48,938 nucleotides of DNA from Candidatus Omnitrophus sp. (GTDB lineage: Bacteria > Omnitrophota > Gorgyraeia > Zapsychrales > Fredricksoniimonadaceae). Position numbers and translations under genes: made by a program. Where the stretch lies: assembly GCA_020719005.1 (NCBI GenBank), contig DYQZ01000002.1, forward strand, positions 1-48,938, written 5' to 3'. Within the stretch, counting starts at the first letter, position 1, and each line of letters starts with the position of its first letter. The notes under the pieces were generated by a model. That model worked only from the letters and a program-made list of their open reading frames with translations. It was not told the DNA's origin and did not search any database. Positions 9,438 through 17,386 of the stretch are shown here, one piece after another.

Positions 9438-9740
9438 GCGGGGCATCATGTCCCCTGGTCGGCGGCGGGATTTTCGACGGCGGCTTAAACTGGCCGGCTT
9501 TGCCGCGCCAAGTGACGGAGTCCTTGCCGCCCGCAACGAGCGGCACAGCAAAGAAACGTTACGCGCTATAAAGAACGATCCCCGTTAGCATCACTAAAAA
9601 CCATCGATCAAATGAAACCCCCAAGAAGCGAGCGAGGACGGCGAGGTGGCACGTTACGGCAGGCAAAGCGACTTGGCGATCTTGACCAATATCCAATTAT
9701 TAAAAAAGCCTCTCCATTCCTTCAACATAAAGAAAACTCT

Positions 9741-9750
9741 ATGTTATAAT
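9741..9750 (+). promoter_or_regulatory. Extended -10 box (ATGTTATAAT) 6 nt upstream of the ExeA-like ATG; predicted leaderless start
   Basis: TTCAAC-N18-TATAAT-CATTCC-ATG. The 10-mer is identical to the one in front of the divergent PilZ gene. No SD. Confidence 0.45.
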
Positions 9751-9756
9751 CATTCC

Positions 9757-10563
9757 ATGTATAAAAGCTTCTACGGCCTTAACGAGAATGCGTTCAACAT
9801 CACCTCTGACCCTGCTTTTTATTTTGAGAGCGATCACCACAAAGAGGCCTACGCACATCTTCTCTACGGCATCAAACACCGTAAAGGCATCCTCTGCATG
9901 ACAGGCGACGTCGGCACAGGAAAAACAACCCTTTGTCGCATCCTCTTGAATCAGATCGACCCGAGCATTAAGACCGCATTCATTCTAAATCCAAACTTTT
10001 CCCAGATCCAGCTTTTGCAACTCATCACCAAAGACCTGGGCGTTATTGCCAAGCGCAACAATAAACTGGACCTGATCAACACGCTTAACGATTTTCTCAT
10101 TGCTGAAACATCCAAAGGCAATAATGTTGCTGTCATCATTGATGAAGCGCAGAATCTCCTCGTCAAACAGCTTGAACAGATACGCCTTTTATCAAACCTT
10201 GAGACCGAAAAATTCAAACTGCTTCAGATCATTCTGGTCGGTCAACCCGAACTTCTTCAAAATCTAAAGAAACCATCTTTACGCCAGCTTGACTCCCGTA
10301 TCGCCGTGCGTTATCACATCCAGCCGCTCACGAAGGAAGATGTCCGGCATTATATCGCGCACCGTCTGAAAGTAGCAGGAGCATCCTCCAAGCTTCAGTT
10401 CACCACCGAAGCTGCGGATGCAGTTTTTCATTTCTCAAAAGGCACGCCGCGCGTCATTAATATCCTATGCGAACATGCGCTCTTGGCGGGATTTGTGAAT
10501 GAAACATTTACGATCAGCGAAGATATTGTTAAAAGCGCAGCCAAAGAGGCATTGAACAATTAA
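9757..10563 (+). CDS. ExeA/GspA/MshM-like AAA ATPase (secretion/pilus-associated)
   Basis: MYKSFYGLNENAFNITSDP N-terminus, GDVGTGKTT Walker A and VIIDEAQNL Walker B, typical of the ExeA family. The ATG at 9757 is preferred over the track's alternative start at 9646. Confidence 0.85.
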   Translation: MYKSFYGLNENAFNITSDPAFYFESDHHKEAYAHLLYGIKHRKGILCMTGDVGTGKTTLCRILLNQIDPSIKTAFILNPNFSQIQLLQLITKDLGVIAKRNNKLDLINTLNDFLIAETSKGNNVAVIIDEAQNLLVKQLEQIRLLSNLETEKFKLLQIILVGQPELLQNLKKPSLRQLDSRIAVRYHIQPLTKEDVRHYIAHRLKVAGASSKLQFTTEAADAVFHFSKGTPRVINILCEHALLAGFVNETFTISEDIVKSAAKEALNN

Positions 10564-10564
10564 T

Positions 10565-11077
10565 ATGAGCATTATCCACGACGCCCTCAAGAAAGTTCAG
10601 GAAAAAACAGAGCCTCAACCGCCTTTTTCTTCACCTGTTAAGTCCGTGGCCACTTCTCCCAGCACAAACTCTACAGCGCCTGAACGCGTAGCCTTACCTC
10701 GGCTTCTAATGAGCATCATCATCTCGATCATCGTGATCGCTGTGATCATCTTTTTTGTGTTGCCGCGCATTGTTCCCATAACAAAGAAAACAGCACCATT
10801 AACAACCATATCTACCACAAGTACACCTGAACCAGCCGCTATTCCCGTCGCGACACCCGTCGCGACACCAGCCGCACCAAACACACAAGACACCTTACGC
10901 ATCGAAGGCGTCATGGATATGGGCGACGGCAAAAAAGTCGTCCTCATTAACGGGGATATCTACGAAGAGGGCCAGTCCATTGAAGGTAAAACCATTTCGC
11001 AGATAACACTCAAAGAAGTAACTATCATTGATAACGGTATCAAACAGATCTTACCCGTAACACCGAAGAAACAATAA
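10565..11077 (+). CDS. GspB/ExeB-like membrane protein
   Basis: MSIIHDALKK N-terminus typical of ExeA partners, one TM segment, a Pro/Thr/Ala linker, and a C-terminal VLINGDIYEEGQSI..ITLKEV motif. 1-nt gap after the ExeA-like gene. Confidence 0.5.
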   Translation: MSIIHDALKKVQEKTEPQPPFSSPVKSVATSPSTNSTAPERVALPRLLMSIIISIIVIAVIIFFVLPRIVPITKKTAPLTTISTTSTPEPAAIPVATPVATPAAPNTQDTLRIEGVMDMGDGKKVVLINGDIYEEGQSIEGKTISQITLKEVTIIDNGIKQILPVTPKKQ

Positions 11078-11078
11078 C

Positions 11079-11128
11079 AAAAAAGAGATTTAGAAGAAGT
11101 TTGCTCATAAAAGCAAGAACGATCTCTT
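11079..11128 (-). terminator. Possible intrinsic terminator after aroB (minus-strand sense)
   Basis: AAGAGAT (11083-11089) / ATCTCTT (11122-11128) stem with an inner TTGCT/AGCAA helix. On the minus strand it is followed by TTTTGTTATT. The stem is AT-rich and weak. Confidence 0.3.
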
Positions 11129-11164
11129 GGATCCGGCGGGTAAGATGACGCCCCTTGGAATATG

Positions 11165-12256
11165 TCAGGCGAGAAGATCTTTGATGACCTTGGAAATAAA
11201 AAGCGCGGGAACGCCCTCACGGACAACAACAGCGCCTATCCCTCGAGCGAGGACAAAGCGGTTCTTTTTACCGACGAATTTCTTGTCAAATTGCATGACC
11301 TTGAGGATCTTGGCAATCCCTACTCCCTCGATACATTCCGGCAAACCGATCGCCGATAAAAGCGTCTCAACACGTACCGCATCCAGCGGTTTCATCAACT
11401 TCAGACGCACCGAGATCGCACATGCCGCCCGCATCCCGAGCGCTACCGCTTCACCGTGCTGATAACGATCATAGCCAGCCGCAGTTTCAACAGCATGACC
11501 TATGGTATGCCCAAAATTCAATATAGTGCGGATGCCCTTTGTTTCTTTCTCATCAATAGAAACAATTTTGGCCTTGATCGTCGCACAACGAGCGACCACA
11601 AAAGCCAACGCCGCTGCATCACGCGCCAACAGTTTATCAAAGTGACGTTCAATGAACGTAAACAGCTTTGGATCCTTGATCACGCCATATTTAACAGCCT
11701 CTGCCAAACCATTGCGGATCTGACGCGAGGATAAGGTCGACAAGAATGCTGTGTCTGCAACGACCAGCCGCGGCTGATAGAAGGCACCGACCAGATTCTT
11801 TCCTGCCGGCAGATCGACCGCCACCTTACCGCCGATGGATGAATCAACCTGTGCCAAAAGCGTTGTGGGCACTTGAATAAAAGGAACGCCCCTCTTATAA
11901 ACAGAAGCAACAAAACCCGCAAGGTCCCCTACCACGCCACCGCCGAGGGCAATGACCACGATCTTTTTGTCCGCCCCGTAACGTGCTATTTTCTCAACAA
12001 GATCAAAAGCAATCTTCACCGACTTGCTCTTTTCAGAGTCCTCAACCTCGAACACCTTGACCGTAAAACCGCCTTTTAAAAGCGCCTTAGTAACCGCGCC
12101 CCCACAACACTTTTTCACGACCGGATTTGTGATAATGACCGCATCTGTGCCAACGCCCAGCTTTTTGATCTGAAACGCCAATGACAATGCTACCCCGCTA
12201 CCGACCACGATCGAATAAGAAGATGTTTTGAGACGGACCGGAATTTGCTGCATCAT
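11165..12256 (-). CDS. aroB: 3-dehydroquinate synthase
   Basis: 363 aa with GGGVVGDLAGF, the metal ligands HGEAVA and LNFGHTIGHA, and length typical of AroB. Confidence 0.93.
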   Translation of the reverse strand: MMQQIPVRLKTSSYSIVVGSGVALSLAFQIKKLGVGTDAVIITNPVVKKCCGGAVTKALLKGGFTVKVFEVEDSEKSKSVKIAFDLVEKIARYGADKKIVVIALGGGVVGDLAGFVASVYKRGVPFIQVPTTLLAQVDSSIGGKVAVDLPAGKNLVGAFYQPRLVVADTAFLSTLSSRQIRNGLAEAVKYGVIKDPKLFTFIERHFDKLLARDAAALAFVVARCATIKAKIVSIDEKETKGIRTILNFGHTIGHAVETAAGYDRYQHGEAVALGMRAACAISVRLKLMKPLDAVRVETLLSAIGLPECIEGVGIAKILKVMQFDKKFVGKKNRFVLARGIGAVVVREGVPALFISKVIKDLLA

Positions 12257-12891
12257 GATAATCCCACCCAGTGTATGGCCTGTAAAATGATCGGATTAAG
12301 GATATTCAACCACCCCAATTGTAATCCAACGAGCACAATAATAAAACCAAAAGGTTCAAGATAAGAATACATCTTCTCCAGCTTTGCCGGCAAGAAGGCC
12401 GCCATCACCCGTGATCCGTCGAGCGGCGGAATAGGCAGCAGATTAAAAATGGCGAGGCTTAAATTCAGCATGACCCCCCAGAAAAGCATGGGCGCTAAAG
12501 AAGGCATAATGCCGAACTTGATGAGCTGTGCCAGGAAAAGCGCGATCAATATATTCGTAAGCGGCCCCGCGATCCCGACCAGCCCCATATCACGTTTAGG
12601 ATTACCGAGACGGGAAAAGTTCACCGGAACTGGCTTGGCCCAACCAAAAAGAATAAGCGAATGTGTCCAACCCAGCGCATGAACAAGATAAAGAAGGGCC
12701 GGCACCAGAATAGTACCGATAGGGTCAATATGTTTGATCGGATTAAGCGTGAGACGCCCCATAAGCTTTGCCGTCGGGTCGCCTAGTTTATTGGCGGCCC
12801 AGCCATGTGCACATTCATGCAACACGATAGCCGGAACTGCGACGAGCAGGATAAGGGACGCTGTTGTTGCTATTGATTGGAGGTCAGCCAT
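12253..12891 (-). CDS. Site-2 protease family (M50) zinc metalloprotease
   Basis: HECAHG HExxH motif in a TM segment, a polytopic hydrophobic profile, and an LPIPPLDG motif. Confidence 0.85.
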   Translation of the reverse strand: MADLQSIATTASLILLVAVPAIVLHECAHGWAANKLGDPTAKLMGRLTLNPIKHIDPIGTILVPALLYLVHALGWTHSLILFGWAKPVPVNFSRLGNPKRDMGLVGIAGPLTNILIALFLAQLIKFGIMPSLAPMLFWGVMLNLSLAIFNLLPIPPLDGSRVMAAFLPAKLEKMYSYLEPFGFIIVLVGLQLGWLNILNPIILQAIHWVGLS

Positions 12892-12909
12892 AAAACCGCA
12901 GTATAACGA

Positions 12910-13704
12910 TTAGAGGGAAAGATTGATCTTCAACAGATCAATATGTTTCATATTATCCAACGAAGGGGTTGACGCGCTCTTACCCGTGACCTTCACGCGC
13001 TTATTCACAAAACCATTAAGCATAGCAACAGGCCCCTGGATCACAACAACATCGATCTCCCCTGAACCTTTGAGCGTGAACTGATCACTTTGTTTAAGAA
13101 GCGTCCCCGTGATCTCAACACGGCCGTCAGAAGTGTCTTTCATAAACCCCGGCGTCATCGCCGGCAAAGGCTTAACTGACGTCTTTAAAGGTTCCGCGTA
13201 CAGCCGCGCCGGCACTTCCTTCTTTGCGCGCTCGAGGAGCTCTTCCTTGACCCAACCGATCATCCCATCAGTCGGCTTGATCGAAAGCCATTCGCCCTTG
13301 TTCTCACGGATATAAAAACGTGCCCCCTGATCAAGTTTTCCAACGATCGACGCCTCTGTGTTCGGCGCCGCGCGGACATTAAGTTTATCTACTTTGATCT
13401 GCCCGATATCCGCACTCTCAAAGACCACATGCTCTGTCTTAATAAAGACCGCGGCTGTCGCCGGAAGTTTGACCTTAAGCCAGGCGTAGACTTTTACGAG
13501 CACAACAAGTTCATCGCCTTTATTAACGATCGCAACAGTTTCGTAATTGACATGTTGTCCGGCACGGACAAAGACACGGTCCGCAGTGACGCGGCCCGTA
13601 TAAGGAAATTGAGCCTGCGCAAAGGCAGGCTCAATGAAAGAGACAACACATAATAAAATGAGACTAATAATCTTCATGGGGATACAACAGCCCCTAGCGG
13701 CCAT
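12910..13704 (-). CDS. Secreted SH3b-domain protein
   Basis: Signal peptide MKIISLILLCVVSFIEPAFA. Two SH3_3-like repeats (VFVRAGQHVNYETV..., LNVRAAPNTEASIVGKL...GWV). TAATG overlap with the upstream gene. Alternative start at 13677. Confidence 0.6.
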   Translation of the reverse strand: MAARGCCIPMKIISLILLCVVSFIEPAFAQAQFPYTGRVTADRVFVRAGQHVNYETVAIVNKGDELVVLVKVYAWLKVKLPATAAVFIKTEHVVFESADIGQIKVDKLNVRAAPNTEASIVGKLDQGARFYIRENKGEWLSIKPTDGMIGWVKEELLERAKKEVPARLYAEPLKTSVKPLPAMTPGFMKDTSDGRVEITGTLLKQSDQFTLKGSGEIDVVVIQGPVAMLNGFVNKRVKVTGKSASTPSLDNMKHIDLLKINLSL

Positions 13705-13967
13705 TACTTCTTGGGAGCAGCGGCTTTAGCGGCCGGAGCAGCTTTAGCACCAGCCTTAGCAGGTGCGCCAGCAGCAGGAGCCTCTTCTTTAGCCTTCTTC
13801 TTACCCGCCTTAACACGAACAACCTTGGTCTTGGGAAGATTCGTCACACTACGATCATCCGCCCATTCGCCCTTCTTGATCATTTCCTTGATACGCTCGA
13901 CACGTGTGAAAACGGTGCGAACTGCGGCACCGGCTTGATCGACCTTGAGTGATGAATGCAATGACAT
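13704..13967 (-). CDS. Small basic protein (PVC-type SBP family) with Ala/Lys/Pro-rich tail
   Basis: MSLHSSLK...VFTRVERIKEMIKKGEW...LPKTKV resembles, from memory, the TIGR04137 small basic protein family. The C-terminal tail is AKAGAKAAPAAKAAAPKK. Confidence 0.55.
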   Translation of the reverse strand: MSLHSSLKVDQAGAAVRTVFTRVERIKEMIKKGEWADDRSVTNLPKTKVVRVKAGKKKAKEEAPAAGAPAKAGAKAAPAAKAAAPKK

Positions 13968-14672
13968 TTACAATCTCCTTACCACAGAATCCTGATAATT
14001 ATTTCTTAACTTTTTCGTCAACTTGTCTGCGCCATCCTTGGAAGTGAATTTCCCGACGCACAAAATAACGAACTTGCCTTTGTTCATCACATAAACATCG
14101 CTATACCCTTTTTTCTTAAGGGCATCAGCTTCTTTTTGTGCGAACCTGTCGCTCTTATAGGACGCGACCTGTACTGTAAAACCACTGGCCGCGACTTTCG
14201 CCACATCGGAGGAGATCGCCTTGGCTATCGCCTTGGAATCACCTTTGACCGATTTGACAACTTCGGACGTTATTTGTTTCTTTGCAACAGAAACAACGTT
14301 CGTCTTATCTTCTGCCTTAGTGAACTTTGGAAGAAAGTCGAACATGCCGGTCCTGGCCATATCCGCAGTCGCCGGTGACTTACTGACCTCAGAGGCCGGG
14401 GTCTCTTTCTTTGCAGGAAGATCCACCGTACGCTCATCTGCCGCTGCCGTTGAAAGAACAGAGGTGGTATTAAGCGCCACCTTCTTCCCGCGCTCTACAC
14501 CTAGCGAGAAGGCAAAGATAATAACCAGAATAGAACAAATTGTCAAGATAACAAGATTCTCGCTCGAAAGGACAAGCTGTGCCGCCAATACACGCGGACG
14601 CTTCGCGTCCACAGCAAGACTGTGCGCACTTGAAAAGAGTTCGATCTGATCTTCCCGATATCTTACATTCAT
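13968..14672 (-). CDS. SPOR domain membrane protein
   Basis: N-terminal TM anchor and a C-terminal FTVQVASYKSDRFAQKEADALKKKGY...KGKFVILCVGKF SPOR repeat. Confidence 0.75.
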   Translation of the reverse strand: MNVRYREDQIELFSSAHSLAVDAKRPRVLAAQLVLSSENLVILTICSILVIIFAFSLGVERGKKVALNTTSVLSTAAADERTVDLPAKKETPASEVSKSPATADMARTGMFDFLPKFTKAEDKTNVVSVAKKQITSEVVKSVKGDSKAIAKAISSDVAKVAASGFTVQVASYKSDRFAQKEADALKKKGYSDVYVMNKGKFVILCVGKFTSKDGADKLTKKLRNNYQDSVVRRL

Positions 14673-14687
14673 ATTATCATTATAATT

Positions 14688-15758
14688 TTATCCACGGACA
14701 GACTTCAAGTAATTTCTGAAGTTCTTGTTCAGGGAAAGCTTGAGAAAAATATCCACGACTTTAGGATCGAACTGGGAACCGCTTCCTCGACGGACTTCAC
14801 GTAGCGCCGCCTCAAGAGAGAGCCGCTTGCGATAAGGCCGCCCTTGGACCATCGACTCAAAAGCATCCACCACCGCCATGATACGGGCACCTAAGGGGAT
14901 CTGCTCACGCTTCAAGCCCGAAGGATAACCGCTGCCATCATACTGTTCGTGCAAATAAAGGACAATAGGCAAAATAGGCCGCAAGAACTCGATCGGCTTA
15001 ATAAGCTCGGCACTCTTTTTAGGAAGACTGCGGATATGCTTGAACTCGTCGGCGGTCAACTGGCTGCGCTTGGCAAGCACCTGATACGGCACATCGATCG
15101 CACCCGCATTATGCAAAATACTCGCATAATAAAGATTGTTGATACTGTCCTGATCCATATGAAAATGCTCGGCGATGGCTTTAACGATCTTGAAATACAC
15201 CGGACTATGCCCCTGATAATGATGGCCCTGTTTCTCGAGCATTTTACGGATAAGCTTCATGGTCTCGAGGATGATCTTTTGTTGTTCTTCGGAAACCTGC
15301 AAGTTGCGGATAGCCGTGACCGACTGCTCGGCGAAGATCGAGAACATTTCACGGTCGTATTCATCAAACGGCAACTCGGAGGCTTTACGCTTAATGATGA
15401 TCGCACCGATACACTCATCCGTCACCAGAGGCATCCCCATGATCTTTGGCTCGAATATCGACGAGCCTTGCGTGACCGCGATCTCATTAGAATGGATATC
15501 CTCGATATCTTTTTTCTTGGTGACAATATAATTGATCTCGTTATTAAAAACCGCGATCATGGCGAGCTTCTTGCGGTCGGGACCCAAAAGGTAGATCGTC
15601 GCGGAACTGGCATGAACGAACTGACACAGCAAACGTGTCAGGCGCAGCGAGAGCTCTTTCAGGTTCGTAGTCGAGTTGACCAGGCGGTAGACAATATGCA
15701 CCGCCGAAAGGATCTGCTTATACTTTTTTGTAAGCTTCAAACATTCGTTTATACTCAT
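14688..15758 (-). CDS. GAF domain / HD-GYP domain protein (HD motif degenerate)
   Basis: LHEQYDGSGYPSGL...IPLGARIMAVVDAFESM is the GYP block. The position of the HD dyad reads ILHNAG. The N-terminus is GAF-like. Confidence 0.8.
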   Translation of the reverse strand: MSINECLKLTKKYKQILSAVHIVYRLVNSTTNLKELSLRLTRLLCQFVHASSATIYLLGPDRKKLAMIAVFNNEINYIVTKKKDIEDIHSNEIAVTQGSSIFEPKIMGMPLVTDECIGAIIIKRKASELPFDEYDREMFSIFAEQSVTAIRNLQVSEEQQKIILETMKLIRKMLEKQGHHYQGHSPVYFKIVKAIAEHFHMDQDSINNLYYASILHNAGAIDVPYQVLAKRSQLTADEFKHIRSLPKKSAELIKPIEFLRPILPIVLYLHEQYDGSGYPSGLKREQIPLGARIMAVVDAFESMVQGRPYRKRLSLEAALREVRRGSGSQFDPKVVDIFLKLSLNKNFRNYLKSVRG

Positions 15759-16926
15759 CGAGCGCCGCCCTATCTGTCATGGCCGCAAGATACCCGCAGA
15801 TCAGGACGTGCAGCTCCTGAACGGTGTATTTACGGCTACGATCATAAATATCATACGGTAATTGTTTCGGATTTTCCAGATAAACATCAAAGAGCCCCTC
15901 GAGTATCCGTTTGGCCTTCGACGTCATCCGCTCCACCCGCCAATGGTGATAGAACTTTTCATTGAGGATATCCTGCAAATGCTTGCGATCTGCCACCATC
16001 TGATCAGAGAAATCAACGATGTTCTTAGGCGCCCGGGCCAGGTCCTCGGCCGAGGCGATCTTGAAACGCTCCAGGCGTTCACTCGTCGAGCTTAGAAGAT
16101 CCTTAACCTGCATATCAATAAGCTCTTTGACGACCTGATACTTGAACATTGGATCTGTCGCCGAAGGCGTGCGTCCGATGCGTTCAACCGCACGGCGCCA
16201 GAGATCATTCTCATTGAGATCCTCGATCGCGATGCATCCGGAGGTAAGCCCGTCATCAATATCATGATTCAAATACGCGAGCCAATCCGCCTTGTCCACC
16301 ACTTTAGCTTCAAGCGAACACGGACGGGTCATCACCTTTTGTGTGAACTTGGCATCCCCTAAAATAGTCGCCCGCCCCACTTTGTCATACAGCGTGTCGT
16401 GCTTCAGAATACCGACGAGGACCTCAACTGTAAGATTAAGCCCGTTGAAATTCGGATACCGTTTCTCAAATTCTGTCACGATCTCAAAACTGCGCTGATT
16501 GTGATTAAAGCCATCAACAATACCAACAGCCTTCAACCTCTCATCGAGCACTGTTTCTCCTGCATGGCCAAAAGGCGAATGCCCCAGGTCATGTGCGAGC
16601 GCCACCGCTTCGATGAGATCCTCATTAAGGCATAAATTCCGCCCTAGTGTGCGCGCCAACTGCGCCACTTCGATCGTATGTGTCAGACGAGTGCGATAAT
16701 AATCACCTTCAAAGATCACAAAGACCTGCGTCTTATATTCAAGTTTGCGGAACGCCTCACAGTGGACCACCCGGTCACGGTCACGCTGAAAAGAAGTGCG
16801 GCTATTATGCCCAGCCTCTTCATATTGACGCCCCCAGGACTCAACGCTTTTCATCGCGTAGGGCGCCAGAAGATCCTGTTCGATCTTTTCAATATCAGCT
16901 CTTGTGCGCATTCTTAAGGAGTCCAT
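15718..16926 (-). CDS. dgt: dGTP triphosphohydrolase-like HD-domain protein
   Basis: FQRDRDRVVHCEAFRKLEYKTQVF, THTIEVAQLAR and LAHDLGHSPFGH are typical of the Dgt family. Confidence 0.9.
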   Translation of the reverse strand: MDSLRMRTRADIEKIEQDLLAPYAMKSVESWGRQYEEAGHNSRTSFQRDRDRVVHCEAFRKLEYKTQVFVIFEGDYYRTRLTHTIEVAQLARTLGRNLCLNEDLIEAVALAHDLGHSPFGHAGETVLDERLKAVGIVDGFNHNQRSFEIVTEFEKRYPNFNGLNLTVEVLVGILKHDTLYDKVGRATILGDAKFTQKVMTRPCSLEAKVVDKADWLAYLNHDIDDGLTSGCIAIEDLNENDLWRRAVERIGRTPSATDPMFKYQVVKELIDMQVKDLLSSTSERLERFKIASAEDLARAPKNIVDFSDQMVADRKHLQDILNEKFYHHWRVERMTSKAKRILEGLFDVYLENPKQLPYDIYDRSRKYTVQELHVLICGYLAAMTDRAALDEYKRMFEAYKKV

Positions 16927-17386
16927 AAACTTTGTTAAGCGAAACAGGGATCACCTTCGTACCGAACAATGCTGGCATGAAATTCACATCCCCTGACCAG
17001 CGAGGGACCACATGAATATGCAAATGTTCAGGAATACCCGCGCCGGCAATATGCCCCAAATTCATCCCCACATTGAACGCCTGAGGTTTAAAGGCTTTTT
17101 GCATACGGGCTTTCATCCTGACCAGCAAGTCCAACAGATCAAGCCTTTCCTCATCGGAAAGGTCCGTTAGGTCTGCCACATGACGATTCGGGATAATAAG
17201 GATATGACCGCCGTTAAAAGGATAAATATTAAGCACGGCAAATGCATGCGCTGAGCGCTCTACAATATATGTCTTTTCATCTTTCTTAGCCTTCAGGATC
17301 TGACAGAACACACATCCTTTAGACTTCTTCTTCAATGTCTTTGTCACATATGCCTCACGCCAGGGCGCCCACAAAATGTCCATCAT
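16895..17386 (-). CDS. HIT family nucleotide hydrolase/transferase
   Basis: HLHIHVVPR histidine triad, GGHILIIPNRHV, and a CVFC motif. Confidence 0.85.
   Translation of the reverse strand: MMDILWAPWREAYVTKTLKKKSKGCVFCQILKAKKDEKTYIVERSAHAFAVLNIYPFNGGHILIIPNRHVADLTDLSDEERLDLLDLLVRMKARMQKAFKPQAFNVGMNLGHIAGAGIPEHLHIHVVPRWSGDVNFMPALFGTKVIPVSLNKVYGLLKNAHKS

Noticed and set aside
9480-9560. c-di-GMP-I riboswitch upstream of the PilZ gene (the minus strand has GGCAAGG...GCGGCAAAGCCGGCC, reminiscent of GGCAAAC...ACGCAAAGCC)
   Set aside because: It lacks the GNRA-capped P1b helix and the tetraloop-receptor arm. The spacing does not fit. It also lies over 200 nt upstream of a -10 box that abuts the ATG. 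The resemblance is only partial.
9259-9588. ORFs of 109, 83 and 82 aa inside the GC-rich spacer
   Set aside because: They mutually overlap in three frames. Their translations are Arg/Gly/Pro-rich nonsense typical of GC-rich non-coding DNA, with no SD and no motifs.
9455-9700. tmRNA hypothesis (plus strand): GGGAUUUUCGACGG resembles the conserved GGAUUCGAC of tmRNA 5' regions, and a short frame reads A-K-K-R-Y-A-L-stop
   Set aside because: There is no T-arm (GGTTCGAnTCC) or ...CCACCA 3' end on either strand, and no complementary acceptor strand. The tag lacks the usual hydrophobic AA ending. A tmRNA finder should still be run to be sure.
9300-9700. RNase P RNA or SRP RNA in the GC-rich spacer
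   Set aside because: The universal cores are absent on both strands. These are GAGGAAAGUCCGGGC / ACAGAA...GGCUUA for RNase P and GGUCC-GGAA-GGAAGCAGCC for SRP.
14949-15965. 338-aa plus-strand ORF opposite the HD-GYP and dGTPase genes
   Set aside because: It is an antisense shadow of two well-supported minus-strand genes, with no recognisable domain and no SD.
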